A DNA stretch of 35,676 bases from Peribolospora baueri (taxonomy: Eukaryota). This document shows positions 11,465-23,746 of the stretch, piece after piece. The DNA is taken from assembly GCA_029717555.1 (NCBI GenBank), contig JAMDHS010000134.1, positions 1 to 35,676 on the forward strand, in the 5' to 3' direction. Made by a program: the position numbers and the translations under genes. Within the stretch, counting starts at the first letter, position 1. Each line of letters starts with the position of its first letter. The notes under the pieces are model-generated. The model was not told the DNA's origin, searched no databases, and worked only from the letters and a program-made list of their open reading frames with translations.

Positions 11465-13755
11465 ATGAATGCTACCGAGGCCGACCATGTCGCCAAGGTC
11501 TGCCTGGACCTGTATGCCTCTCTCCCGCCCAAGGGAGGCAAACCAGGGAGGAGAGCGAACGGGCGGTGAGCAAACGGGGCGGACTGCTCGACGCGGCTCT
11601 TGGCCTCTTTGCTTCTTCTCGAGCCCGGCCTCCCCGGCCAGGCAGTGTTTGACTTATGAACGGCCTTTCTTTCGACCTTTCTCGCCGAAAACAGGCACGA
11701 GTGGACCGTCCTATCCGGGATCGTCCTACGCGTCGCCTCCCATTCTCCTGCCGGCGGCGACGCGGGCGCTCCGCCGATTTTCCATCCCATCAGCCTAGCC
11801 ACTGGGACAAAGTCCCTTCCTCACACCCTCCTCTCCCCCTTTGGCGACGGCTTGCATGACTCCCATGCCGAGGTGGTGGCCAGAAGGGGGGCGGTTCTAT
11901 GGTTCATGAAGGAGATCGCTCGTGAAGTGGGTCTACAGACGCTTAACTTCGGAGAGAGCAAAAAGAAGACGGAGCGTGATTCTTCCGGATCGCCGGCCCG
12001 ACCATGCGTTTTGCAAGAGGTGGCTGGATGCACGCCTAGGGAGAGGAGGTGGGCTCTCAAAGATGGAGTGAGCCTTCATTACTACGTCTCCGCTCTTCCA
12101 TGTAAGCGAATCCTGCCCTTCTGCCTTCTCGAATCTACAACGCCGCTGAAACGCTCGTCTACCTTCGAAACGCAAGGCGGCGACGCCTCAACGCTCCATC
12201 TCTCCAACTTGACTTCTGTCTGTCCAGCTGAAGATCAGGGCACGAGTGCGGTTTTGAGCGTCCCTTCAGCTCCGCTTAACCCTGAAGCGAATGACGAGAA
12301 AGGGGGCGACCTTGTACGAGGTCGAGTTGGTTATGCCAACTTCGGCGCTTTGAGGACGAAGCCTGGTAAGCACGCCTGTCTCCTTCTGCTCACACGTTTA
12401 TCATCATCTTTGAGTGTCTCACCGTTACCTGAATGGATTATTTGTTTGGATATTTTGCTTTTCACAGGTCGCCCAGATGCGCCGCCTACGCTGTCCTTGT
12501 CTTGCACTGACAAGCTATCCACCTATTGCGCGCACGGTCTCCAAGGGGCCCTTCTTTCTCAATTGCTTTCAGAACCACTCTACATATCTTCTTACACGTT
12601 TGGAGCATGCGAGCCAGAGAGTCCGGACATTCAAACGGTCTGCAACGGACGGCTAGGATCGGAGAGCTGGGAGAGAGAGGTGCACAAAGAGATTGAGAGA
12701 GCACTTTGGCGCCGTCTCACTTCGTCCAACGTCGGTATGTTTCTCCTTTTTCGTACCTTTGGTGGCCGATGGTCGCCTCCACGTTCACCTCACTCCTCAT
12801 CGTTTCTCCGCAGACGAGAGGTTACCTCGCCCATGTCGAGTACGACGACCAGATATTTACCTCACCCGCTTGCCCTTTGTCCATTCCCGAGAGGCGTTGA
12901 GGATATCGGAGAAGCGGCGCCTGGCTGAAGCTGGCGAAGAAGAATATAAAGGCACTAATGGTTTGGACGATGCGGCTGAGCCTGTCAGCGCGGCTAGCTG
13001 TACGTTCTATTCTGGACATCCTTCGTGCGCTGGCACGAGAATGTCGACGAGGGGCTTTCATTCTGACACGCCCCCTCTCTCTTCGCTCTGTCATGTCAAA
13101 CAGCGATAGCGTGGATTGACACCCTCGGTCTGGAGTCTCTCCATACCGGCATACGCCTCGGTGCCCCTATCAAGCACGCACGCCCCGAGCGACCGCGCAT
13201 GCGTTCGACGAGGTCACGGGTTTGTAAGCTGGCCTTGTTCGGGGCCTGGTGCGAGCTGCGAAGTGGGCTAGGGATGGCTTTTCCGTAAGTGACCAGTCGG
13301 GTGAGGTGACCGATGCTCCAGTGAAAACATGCACCAACCTCCGTTCCTCATTATTCCGCTCGTCTCGCAGAGAGAACCTCACCTACTACGAAGCCAAACG
13401 TCTGCCAGATGCTTCATGGTACTGGGAAGCGAAGAAGGCGTTGCGCGGCGAGAACAGCACGTCTTCTCCTGCCGAGCTTCTTCTCCGTTGGACCGCGTCG
13501 AGCGGCAGTGGCCATGAAGGAGATGAGGTGGGCATGGTGTTCGGACAGACGACGAGTGCGGATGCGGATGTGACGCAGAATGGCGGGCCGGTACCCACGT
13601 ACGACGACGATGCGTGCACGGCGCCGCTGGCAGGTGACGACGCCGATCGGCCCCCGTTCGCCGCTTGGGTCATCAGCGATCCGAAATGGGAGAGTTTTGA
13701 CAAGAACGGAAACAGCCAAGTGTCAGTGCCAAGCGCGTTGACGGTCCCAAGATAA
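11465..13755 (+). CDS. TAD1: tRNA-specific adenosine-37 deaminase (ADAT1/Tad1)
   Basis: Exons 11465-11565, 11695-12101, 12177-12365, 12468-12734, 12814-12999, 13104-13284, 13371-13755. Motifs EWTVL, SLATGTK, LHDSHAEVVARR, PCGDAS, LRTKPGR.D, SLSCTDKL, GLQGALLS, SRVCK, TYYEAK. No dsRBD, so ADAT1 type rather than ADAR. Confidence 0.92.
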
Positions 13756-14104
13756 TGTCACCGACGCCGAACGAGCAAGAGTGCGGTCCGTCTGACGTAA
13801 GTCATATAGTTTATTGGAATCGACGTCTCAGAGCGCGTCCAGCCCAGCGCGGTGGGCAGACGAGTCAACTGTAGTACATGCGGTACTGGGACATCCGCGA
13901 GCGCTTCATTGTCAGCATACAATAACGTTATGAGTTCGTAATGGCATATTCTATTCAGTCCTGCTCCTCGATCAGGACACAAATATGCTGACACCGGCGA
14001 GTCCACGCAGACAAGATGCAGACAAGACGCAGAAAGGAGCGGGAGCGCTGGTAACTACTCGTCGTCGGCGTGGTTCTATGCTGTGAGAGAAAATTGGAAC
14101 GTTA

Positions 14105-17100
14105 TCAAAGGGACGACTCCCAGTCGTCCGGGATGTCCTCCTCCCGCTGCTCCGATCTCGGAGGGCCTACTGCCGGCGAGGCCAACCCCGATCGAACGGC
14201 CGGGGCAATCACCGACGTCTGGGTGGATGATCCGGCGGGCGACATGGCCACAGAGCCGGGCGTCAAAACAGATGCGTTCACCTTGGGTCCGAACGGCGCG
14301 CGTCGAGGGCCTGACGCCCAGGCGTTCGAGGCGGACGCATCGGCCCTCGGTACTCCGCCGACGCCACCGGCCACGACGGCGCTCCAGCCAGTCTTTGGCG
14401 GAGCTGCAGCAGCAGAGGCAGATGATGCTGACCCTGCTCCGCCGGAGGGAGGTGCCGGCTGGTCCTCCCTCTTCTGAACGTGACCATCCGGGTCTACTCC
14501 GACGAGGACGACGGCAGTGGCGAAACCGTCACGAGCGGCAAGGGACCGCAAGTCGGTGCGGATGGGCTGGAGTCGCATGGCGGCCTCGACGGAGGTGGCG
14601 AAGACGGGCGTGAGGACCACGTCCTCATCGCCCACCCATTTGAGATGGAAGTCGGAGACGCCACGGAGGCAAGGGGAGATGAGAGAGCGGAGAGAGGTGG
14701 CGTCGTGGCCGAAGACTCCTTCGAGGAGGATGGCACTATCAAAGACAGGGACGTTGGGTCAGCATGTTGTCGTTCGGCGCAGATGGGAAAGAATGGAGAT
14801 CAACTCACTTGAAAGAGATTCTATTGGCCGTATGTTGGGGTCTCTTCATCTGCTCCAGCGCCGTCTGTCTCGCCCTTGGCGGCCTTTGTACGGAAGCCTT
14901 CCACGCCTCACTGATGAGTGGAGAAGGGACACGACTGTCGATCTGCTTGCGCACGATGACGCTCCGCCGCGGCTCTTGGTCGACGCTCTCGCTGTTGAGC
15001 CGATACTTCTCGGCGAGGTCGTGGGTAAACTTGCGATGAGTTGCGGAAGCGGATGGGAAATAGTGGCCTTGACGGGACGAAGCCATAAATCTGGCAGGGT
15101 AGAAATAATTGAACGACGGTTCAGTCACGAACTGTTGAAAAAGACGAAGCGCCAGAGAGGGGAACGCGACCGCTCACTCGTTCAAAGCCTTCTCGACACC
15201 GTCGGCGAACGTCTTGTTCGCCGCATAGAAACTGCGTAACTCCGGTTCGTACTCGACCTTCTCCCTCTCCCTCGCCCTTTCCTCAGGGTTGGAGATGCCT
15301 AGCGCGTCGGCGAGCCGGGCGTTGCGTTGAGCAACGAGGCACGCGTCGTTGCATTTCAATTGACGGTTTTCGCGCTTCGCCGCGCTCGGGCTGGAGACGC
15401 ACGCCGAGCAACGAGCACTCTGGTTGAGCTTGCCGCAAGAACAGGTGAGAGTGATGATGGCAGAGCACGGCTGCGTCTCTGGACACGCGGTGGGGGCGTG
15501 ACATCGCCGATCGCACGGATGCTGACTATAGGGAATGACGATCAAGGTCAGAAAAGTTATGACCGAGCCCGCCTGGATGAGCACCTATCCACTCACCATA
15601 TCCTCTTCGCCTTGCCACAGATCTGATCGCAAGGCCCACACTGGCCTTCAGGATGGCAAGGAGCCGTGCAACGGTGATACCCGCAATTGAGCAGACGACC
15701 GCAGGGCGTGCCGCAGGACACCTTGGTCTGGGAGCACCGCACGTTTTTCACGACGTTCTTGCCGCAAGCGCATGGCTGCGAGAAAAGGATGACGACGGAA
15801 AGGAGTGAGCGGGGAAATTAAGAAGAACGCCAAAGGCCAGAAAAGAAGGCGAACCAACTGAAGAAGACGTGTACGCACCTTCTCGGTGAGGAAAACGCAA
15901 GGCGGACACGGTCCCTCCTGGTGGCAAGTATGCGGCTGCCTCGGATGGCCGCACGGCGGAGGGTCTCTGTCGCAGGGGAAATTGCACTGTACCTTAGTGC
16001 CGCAAGGAACCGGCGGCTCCAGCACCGTCCTCTGGCAATGGCAGCTTATCTCCTCGAAAGTGGCCTGCAAGCACGGGGGGCAAGCACCGCGATGACACGG
16101 GAGGGGGCAGACGTGCAAAGCGCAGGAGAGGAGCTTGTTGCACACCAACTTGCATGCGTGCCACCCAGCCGGGTCGTCCTCATCCGCCTCGTCGAGGCCG
16201 ATGCGACGGCGAGACTTCTTGGCAGCTTGGAAGGCTAGAGGACAGCATTGAGTCGCACATTGATGGCGGCCACAGGACCGCAGAGCCTTACAAACGCTCG
16301 TGCACAACACTTCCTGCCGGCCTTCCTCTTCTTCCCGCTGCCGCTCCGCACAGGTCGCTGTGACCTTTGTGTTGCCGCACCGACAGGGAGTCGACACCGG
16401 TTCGGCACACGGAGGGCAGGAGCCGGTGTGGCAAGGAAGCGTACAACGATGATCGCAGCCTGGCAGCTTGGCGTTGCAAGTGGCGCCACAGGTGGGAATC
16501 GGATCGGAGCACGAAGTACGGTCGGCAAGCCGGGATATGGGCGTCTTGCCGCACGGGCAAGTGGTGACTTTGGAGGGGGAGGTGGGACACACGGCCGCCG
16601 AGGGTGTCTGAGGGTGACAGGACTTGAGACACGAGTGCACACCACAATCGAAAGGTCTAAAGGGGAAGTTGGATGGCGGGACGAGGTCAGCAGGAGAAAG
16701 ATAATGATCACGAGTCTATTCCCGCTCACCTCTGACACACAGAGCCGCAATCAAACCATCCTTTCCACTTTTGACCGTCTTTCTCGCTCTCCTTACTGTC
16801 GCCGCTACCGCACACCATCTCCTTCTGTTCCCGGCTACAATAACACCTGCTTGTCCTGAGCTCGGAGCACGGATGGCAAGGGCCGGGGTGGCAGTTTCGA
16901 TGACACACGTGCATGCCGCAGTTGAGAAGACGACCGCAAGGTTTGCCACACGAGACGCCTTGTTCCTTGGAGGACAACGGCGCGTCGTCCTCCGACGAGC
17001 CGGGTTGAGAGGTGGAAGCGGCATCCGTGAGCTGACTACACCTCACCATCTGTTTCTCACCACCGCACCAACACGTCTTCTCCACGACGACGGGGCACGG

Positions 17101-18218
17101 AGGACAGGGTCCCGGGTGACACATCTCCGAGCAGCCATGAGGACAGCCGAGCGGACGCTTTCGGCTGCAAGGCTTTCCGCATGAATGGGGTGTGGCGTTG
17201 GATAATTTGTAAGGGCGAGGGTCGGAGAAACGAGCACAAAAGCACCGATAAGCGCGGGGAATGGACTGCCGTGAAAGTTGGCAGCCAGGACATCTGCAAC
17301 CGACAAAGAAGGACGATGGGGCGATGAGCAGTTTTGTGTCTGGAAATCTCGACGTGCACACACACAGTCGACGCCAACTCACCTCCAATTGCCTTTTCTC
17401 CTCTTGAGCGCCTCATCTTCTTGGCGGCTGTTCGCCTCCTCGACCATCTTGACACTCTTCTCTGCCCACTTCTCCACGCACTTGAGGTGAAGCACGGTCC
17501 AGCAAGAGTCGGCGCAATGCCACGTCTTATCCTTGTGCTCGATGGTGCCGAAGCAGATGAGACAGTCGTACGCGCCGGAGGCGAGTTCTGCCGTGAGGCG
17601 GGTGCGCAGGTCAGCGTGCTCGAGAAGGGTGGTGTGGTCTTGGACGATGGAGCTTATCGCTGATCGCGAAGTTGAAGCGGGCTTGGACGAGACGGTAGGC
17701 TGGCCCGCTGAGTCGTCGGCGGTGAGCTGGGAGCCGAATTGACGCCGGCGGCGACTCTGACCATTCATGCTGACCGACGGGGGCGTATCGACATCCGAGG
17801 CGGTGTTGGAGCCCAACGCACCGCCGTGGCGACCACCGCGGCCGCCATCGCGACGTGCGCCTCCACGACGGCCGCCTCGATTGGCATGGCCACGACGCGG
17901 ATGAGGGTCGTCAGCGGACACGGCGGTCGGCTGATCTTTGACGGTTCTTCCCGAACCGTCGCCGCCAACTCCACCCCTGCGTATGTGGCGAGGAACGAAA
18001 GGCGCCCTGGAAGCGTCAAGGTTGCTGGACGAAGGCGGCTCGCCACCGGCACTCCGGGTGGCGACGTCCCTTGTGCCATCATTTACGGCAGTGGGTGCAT
18101 GTCTGCCTCTGTCGCGGTTGCGGTTGCGATGACGAGGACCTCGAGAGGCGGAGGGATTATCGGAATGAAGAGAGGGTGGACGATCGGGGGGTATTGGATC
18201 GAGTTGGGCGGTGGACAT
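14105..18218 (-). CDS. FAP1: NF-X1-type zinc finger protein with N-terminal RING/PHD-like domain and R3H domain (Fap1/NFX1)
   Basis: Exons 18218-17383, 17293-16730, 16656-15879, 15775-15597, 15525-15178, 15090-14809, 14735-14105. Contains YDCLIC...CWTVLHLKCVEKW...WRCPGC, repeated CG.H.C...CH.G.C.PC fingers, and R3H motif HRKFTHDLAEKY...SESVDQEPRRSV. Confidence 0.93.
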
Positions 18219-18711
18219 GTACCGCGGCTGTGAGCGATGGGTCTGTTGCTGAAGGGCGAGAAGGGAGGGGTTGAGAGGGTGGGGAGAGAAGGCGGGGAGG
18301 GGGGTGTTGTCCTCCGAGGGGAGGTGCTCCAGATAAATATGAATGAGAGAAGAGACGAGAGAAGAAGGAGAAGACAAGGCAATAAAAAGACAATGCAAGT
18401 GGTGGTGGAAGAAGATGGTCGTCGACTCGACCGACACGACCGACTCGACCGACATGTTGAGATCGGCTGCCGGGTCGGAGACCTGCTGCGGCAGCTGCGG
18501 CAGCTATCTGTCCGTCCAGAGCGACCAGACCCGAGGCATAAAGAACGGCGGAAAATCGTCATCTCGCTCGCGGGAAACTCGGCGCGTGCTCTAACAAGAA
18601 AACAAGGTCATACGAGCTCTGCGAAGGGGGAAAAAAAGTAAAAGGTTATGTCATCCATTCCGCATGACTCATGCGAATGAAGAAAACACGCCGACGCCGG
18701 CGCCGACAAAA

Positions 18712-18827
18712 CGACGCCAGCAGGGTTCGAACCTGCGCGTGCGAAGCACAGTGGATAGTGATTCGGGCCTGACAGATGCCGACCCAAAATTCAAATCCAC
18801 CCCCTTGGACCACTCGGGCATAGCGCC
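18712..18827 (-). tRNA. tRNA-Ser (anticodon UGA) with a 33-nt intron at 18757-18789
   Basis: Reverse complement reads GGCGCTA-TG-CCCGAGTGGTCCAAGGG-G-GTGGA-TT-TGA-A-[intron]-A-TCCAC-T-GTGCTTCGCAC-GC-GCAGG-TTCGAAC-CCTGC-TGGCGTC-G. It has an acceptor stem, A and B boxes, a long variable arm, discriminator G, and TTTT directly downstream. Confidence 0.95.
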
Positions 18828-19118
18828 GTGTGCGGTAAAGCAACTCCATAGTCCACTTCTAGTCTAACCCTCGCTATCCACCACTTCGTCCGCCACCGTC
18901 TTCCAACGGCCAACCCGAGGCCCTGCCACCGCCACCGTTTTCACTTCCTTCTCACCCGCCTCGCCTCTTCCTCCCTTCCACACCTAACTAGATTCATAGA
19001 CCGGCCTCCTTCTCTCGGAAACAAGGCCACCCCTCACTCTCGTCCGCAACCACAACCCGCTCCTCTTTCTCCGTACCAACGCAGACGCAGACGCGGTGCG
19101 GAAGCGCGCGAGCGAGAG

Positions 19119-20938
19119 ATGAACGGCGGCGGCTCACCTAGAAGATACCCTATCTTCCGCTCGCACAGCTCCGGTCGCCGGCGGTCCTCTGCACTCGGCG
19201 GGCTCGTGTTCAGTCCTGCAGCGGGCGGGGGTCGCAAGGGAGGTGTGGGAGATGTCGACGGGGACGACGACGGGCCGTCGTTGCCGTACGCCCGCCCTGG
19301 AGTCGGGGGAGGAGTGCCTGGGAGGAGCAAGGGCCTGGAGGGAGAGGATGGGGAGGAGGAGGTAGTAGTCGTGCGCAAGGAGGAGCCGGGGCAGGGGCAG
19401 GCACCATGGCAAGCGGGCGGGAAAGCGGGAGTGAGCGAGGAGAAGAGGAGGCAAGTGAGCCTCGCTATCGGGCAGACGGTGCTCGCTGACTGGGTGCTCA
19501 TTCTCGGCCTCATCTTCGGAGGATGCTGTAGGTGAGCGAGTTGGATGTACCTTCTCTCCGGCTGCAAGCGGGAAAAAAGGAGAGTGCCGACAAGCACGTC
19601 TTTTCTTCCTCTCTCTCTCCTGTCAGCAACGCCTGGACGTTGGAAGTCGCCACGACGGCGAACCCTCAGTCAGGGACGCTGATCACATTTGCCCAGTTTG
19701 TCGCCGTTGCCCTCGTCGGTCTTCCACAACATCTCACCTTCGGCGAGCCCTCCACTTCCTCCTCGTCTCACGATGCTGTCGTCGCCAACCTCGAGCCGCC
19801 ACAGAAGAAGCCCTTCAAACCCATTCGCTGGCTGCCTCGCTTCAAGCCGCTCTCCATTCCCCTTTCCCGCTGGGCCATCCAGGTGGTGCTCTTCTACGCT
19901 ACTTCGCAGCTCAACAACGCCGCATTCGCGTACGATATACCAATGCCAGTACACATCATTTTCAGGAGCGGCGGCATGTGCGTCAATATGCTCATGGGTT
20001 GGCTTCTCCGAGGAAAGAGGTGAGACTCAAGCCGGTTCGTCTGACTGGCACGTATCCAAGGTGCAAGCGCATCCAAATGATCCCTCACCCGTCTCCCACC
20101 CCCTCTGACCAGGTACTCGCTCAAACAGGTCCTTTCTGTCCTGGTCGTCACTGTTGGCGTGATCATCGCCACCCTTTCCGCCTCTTCCCCTTCTCACCGC
20201 TCCTCCTCCTCCTCCTCCTCCTCCTCCACCCACTTTGGCGGTCCCTCGGCGTCGAGCTACGCCTTCGGCGTGCTCCTTCTTTCTGTCGCCCTCGTCCTCT
20301 CGGCCGCCATGGGTCTCTGGCAGGAGATTACGTACGAGAAGTACGGTTGGGGACACTGGCGCGAGGGCATGTTTTACAGCCACTTTCTCAGCTTGCCCAT
20401 CTTCCTTCTCCAGCTCGCCGATCTGCGCGCTCAGATCGCCACAGCCAACGCAAGTCCGCCGACGTACTGGGCCGTCGTACCCCCCTCCTTGGCCCGCCTC
20501 TGGCACGGGCTGTTTTCAGCCCCGGTCCCACGGAGATACGGCAAGGGCCATTCCTTGCTTTCCCAACCATTGTCTTCCTCCGCCTCCTCCCCAACGGTCA
20601 CCCCTCCCGGCGCTTTAGTAGTGCCTTCCTTCTACGTCCCCCTCCTGCTCAACGTCCTTACCCAACTCCTCTGCATCTCCGGCGTGAACAGACTCACCTC
20701 TCGCGTCTCTAGTCTCACCGTCACCCTCGTCCTGGTCGTTCGCAAGGCCGTGAGCCTCGTCATCTCTGTCCTCTTCGTCGGCGCCGTTGGCGGGCGAGGC
20801 GGTCGAGGCGGCTGGGCGATGGCGTTGGGCGCCTTGATGGTCGGCGCGGGCACGATGGGCTATTCTACTGCGAGCAGCAAGAAGAGCAAGGACAAGGATC
20901 GGAAGCGTGACAAGGACGACAGGGGGAGCAAGGTATGA
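19119..20938 (+). CDS. YEA4: UAA-family nucleotide-sugar transporter (UDP-GlcNAc/UDP-xylose; Yea4/SLC35B4-like)
   Basis: Exons 19119-19531, 19627-20019, 20113-20938. Motifs LIFGGCCSNAWTLE, GTLITFAQF, LNNAAFAYDIPMPVHIIFRSGG, GLWQE.TY.KYG, WREGMFYSHFLSLP, TQLLCISGVNRL, RKAVSL. Confidence 0.92.
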
Positions 20939-21397
20939 CTTGCCGCTCGCGCGCCGCGCCGTGGCAGCCTTGAGCGGCGAGCTATTCATTTTTTCTTCAT
21001 AGAATCGCACGTTCGCCCGGGCTAGAATAAATGGATGCAAGGACGGAAGAACGATACGGCGATGGCGACGACGATCTGACCTCCTTTGAGAACGTGAGAA
21101 ACTTCGTATGCACGCAGTCTCCTTGCCATCGTCTAAATGTATCGTACGGACATTGAATGCGCACTCGGATTCCGTTACGAATGTGGTGCGGAAGCCGCGC
21201 TTCTTTGGGCCTTGCGTGGTCTTCATGTGTCACGTGATCAGCCCGATAGCTTCCAGCGCACGCCCCACACCGCCCGGTCTTAGTAGCCCTGCACGGAGGA
21301 TCCGGTCCGGATCTTCCTTCTCCTCCTCCCAACACGTCTTGCCCAACTGTGTGTGCGTGAGAGTGAGAGACAGTGCAACTCCTCTCCTCCGCACGAC

Positions 21398-23101
21398 ATG
21401 GGCGTCTTTCTTCTCTCCGTACTGGTTGCGGCACCCTTCGGCTTGATCTTCTTCGCGGTGAGTGCCGATGCCGAGCGAAAGGGCTGCAAACTAGGGCGGC
21501 CAGGCCTACCTTCTCTCGTCGCTCACAGAAACTTCCTCCTTTCGTCGTATGACGACGTATGGGTTCTCTTCTGTCAGGCATACATCCTCTTGGTCCTCCT
21601 CTCCCCCGTCCCTCGACCGCGCCTTCCCTCAGAATGCTGTTATCTCTCGGCCGCCCACCCGACGGATCTTCAGCTGCTACCCTCGGTGCACGACCCGGCC
21701 TCCGTCGACCTCACTCTTGTTGTGCCCGCTTATAATGAGCGTGAGCGACTGCCCATTATGCTCGACGAAGCGATCACCTTTCTCGAAGCGTGGAAACGGG
21801 GTGATCTGCCCGCCGAAGCAATCAGCGCGTCCAAGGCGGCCGAGCGCGAGAAGGAGACTCTGCCAGGGTCGTCCTCCGGTGAAGCCAACGGCGCTGCTTT
21901 CGGAAGGGCCGATGAGAAGCCGAAATCCGCGAAGCGTTTGAAAACCTACGAGGTGCTCGTGGTTGATGACGGGAGCAAGGACGGTACGGCGGAGGTCGCC
22001 CTCGACTTTGCGAAGGACAAGGGCAAGCAAGTAGACATTCGGGTGGTGAGGCTCGAGAAGAATAGAGGGAAGGGTGGGGCTGTGAAGCATGTGGGTGTCA
22101 CAGTCGGGGACGACATCGTATTGCGTGCGAGACTCGTCGTCGCATTGTCCGCCGTCTCGTCTCGTTCTTCCGCTCCTTTGTTAGCGTAGGTCATATGACC
22201 GGACCAGCTCACACGGCTTCCATCGCATCCTCTTAAATTCGATTCGCAGGGCGTACAGCTCTCCCGCGGAGCACGAATCCTGTTCGCTGACGCCGACGGT
22301 GCAACGCGCTTCTCCGACCTGTATGCTCTCGATGCGGAGATGGACCGTATAGAGACCCCCACCGGTCACGGCGTCGTCGTCGGCTCGCGAGCGCATCTCG
22401 TCGGAAGCGAGGCCGTGGTCAAGGTAGGCGATCTTGAGAGGGGAAGGCTTTCGAAAAGAGTAGATGAAGACCTGCCATGCTTATGACTACCTCCGCAACC
22501 ATCTCGTCTGCTCTCTTTGCCCGTTTCACGACAGCGCTCCTTCCTTCGTAACTTCCTTATGCGCTCTTTCCACCTCTTTCTCTCCCTCCTTCTCCGTCCT
22601 CCCCGCATCCCTTTCCTCACCTCCTCCTCGCGTCTATCCACCTCGCATCCCCGATCTCGCCAACCGTTGATCCGAGACACACAATGCGGCTTCAAGCTCT
22701 TCTCTCGCCGCACGGCCGCTCTCATCTTCCCGCTCGCCCACATCGACCGGTGGATCTTTGACGTCGAGCTCCTCCTCCTCGCCGAGATGGCCAGTGATGC
22801 CACCCTAAAACAGCAGCAGGTACTCGGTAATGACTTGGGCTCCTCTCCTTCCTCCCCATCTGGCGATCGCGCTGATGGGCAGAAGTGCAAGAAGGAGGGA
22901 GGAGAAGGCAATGCCGACCCTCTGCTTTCCCTCCCCGTTCCCATCTCCGAGCTCGCCGTCCACTGGACAGAAGTGGGCGGAAGCAAGATCCACCTCCTAA
23001 AGGACAGCGTAGGGATGGCGCTTGACCTGCTCGTCATCCGCGGAAACTATGGCTTTGGGAGGTGGAAGAAGCCCGGCGCCGTCGAGGTGGAGCCGAGGTG
23101 A
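21398..23101 (+). CDS. ALG5: Dolichyl-phosphate beta-glucosyltransferase (GT2 family)
   Basis: Exons 21398-21457, 21578-22090, 22250-22423, 22535-23101. N-terminal signal anchor, then VVPAYNE.ERL, EVLVVDDGSKDGT, NRGKGGAV, ILFADADGAT.F, GSRAHL, IRDTQCGFKLF, WIFDVELL, V.W.EV.GSK. Confidence 0.95.
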
Positions 23102-23714
23102 GAGATGCTGAAGCGTCGTGGACTGGCCAGGGAATTGATCCTGAGGAGTCGGGACTGGCCGGGACTGGAGGAAACAGAGGTGGAGGACATCTTTACACAT
23201 ATATTTTTCTCCTCTACCGCGGACGGCATGGACACTTTTCTTTCTTTTTTATTGCCACCTTTGTTTATCTGTAGAGCTGTCGGTCAGACGGAAGCGAGCG
23301 GCGGGAGACGGGATGGAGGGGATTCCTTGTGAGGCGGTCTCGATCAAACTCGATCAGCAAAACGGGCCTGATCCTGAAAAAATGGATGCGAAGAGGTTCC
23401 TTCCGATACCAAGTAACCGACCCGCTCGAGCGTCACAAGCGATTCGAAAAGCGAAAAATCGAGACTGGTCCTTTTGCGCGTGCGATTCGACTGATTGAGA
23501 TTTCTATGAGAGCACGAGAGCGTACCAGAGGCCAAGACAAGACCGTCGATGACAAAGAGCGGGAAGGGGGGTTCGGAGTGAACGAAGGGATGGAACGGAG
23601 AGAGACGAAAGAGGATCGGGGAAGGAAGGGAACGCCCGGTTCTGTTCCTTCCCCACAGTAAAGGCAGACAAACGTCTCGAAGGGACGCGTGACCTGGACG
23701 AGGCCCGGGGCCGT

Positions 23715-23746
23715 GGAGCCATGGGGATAAGGAGCCATGGGGATAA
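23715..23746. repeat. Exact 16-bp tandem duplication (GGAGCCATGGGGATAA x2)
   Basis: Read directly; lies in the convergent ALG5/CAF40 intergenic region. Confidence 0.9.

Noticed and set aside
11465..13755. ADAR-like mRNA editing enzyme; GTKS in place of GTKC as a sign of altered function
   Set aside because: No dsRNA-binding domain, and the zinc and catalytic motifs (HAE, PC, SC.DK) are intact. That position varies among Tad1 proteins. I found no in-frame stops needing editing in the gene models.
15091..15177. Apparent frame mismatch in FAP1 at the first CAG acceptor (15132-15134)
   Set aside because: The downstream acceptor CCCTGCCAG ending at 15091 restores the frame (GA|A TTT ATG), so no frameshift or non-canonical intron is needed.
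18712..18827. Possible selenocysteine or suppressor tRNA, given TCA/TGA at the anticodon and the long variable arm
   Set aside because: On the transcribed strand the anticodon is UGA (reads UCA, Ser), with ordinary 7-bp acceptor and 5-bp T stems. tRNA-Sec would need anticodon UCA and an extended acceptor/T arm.
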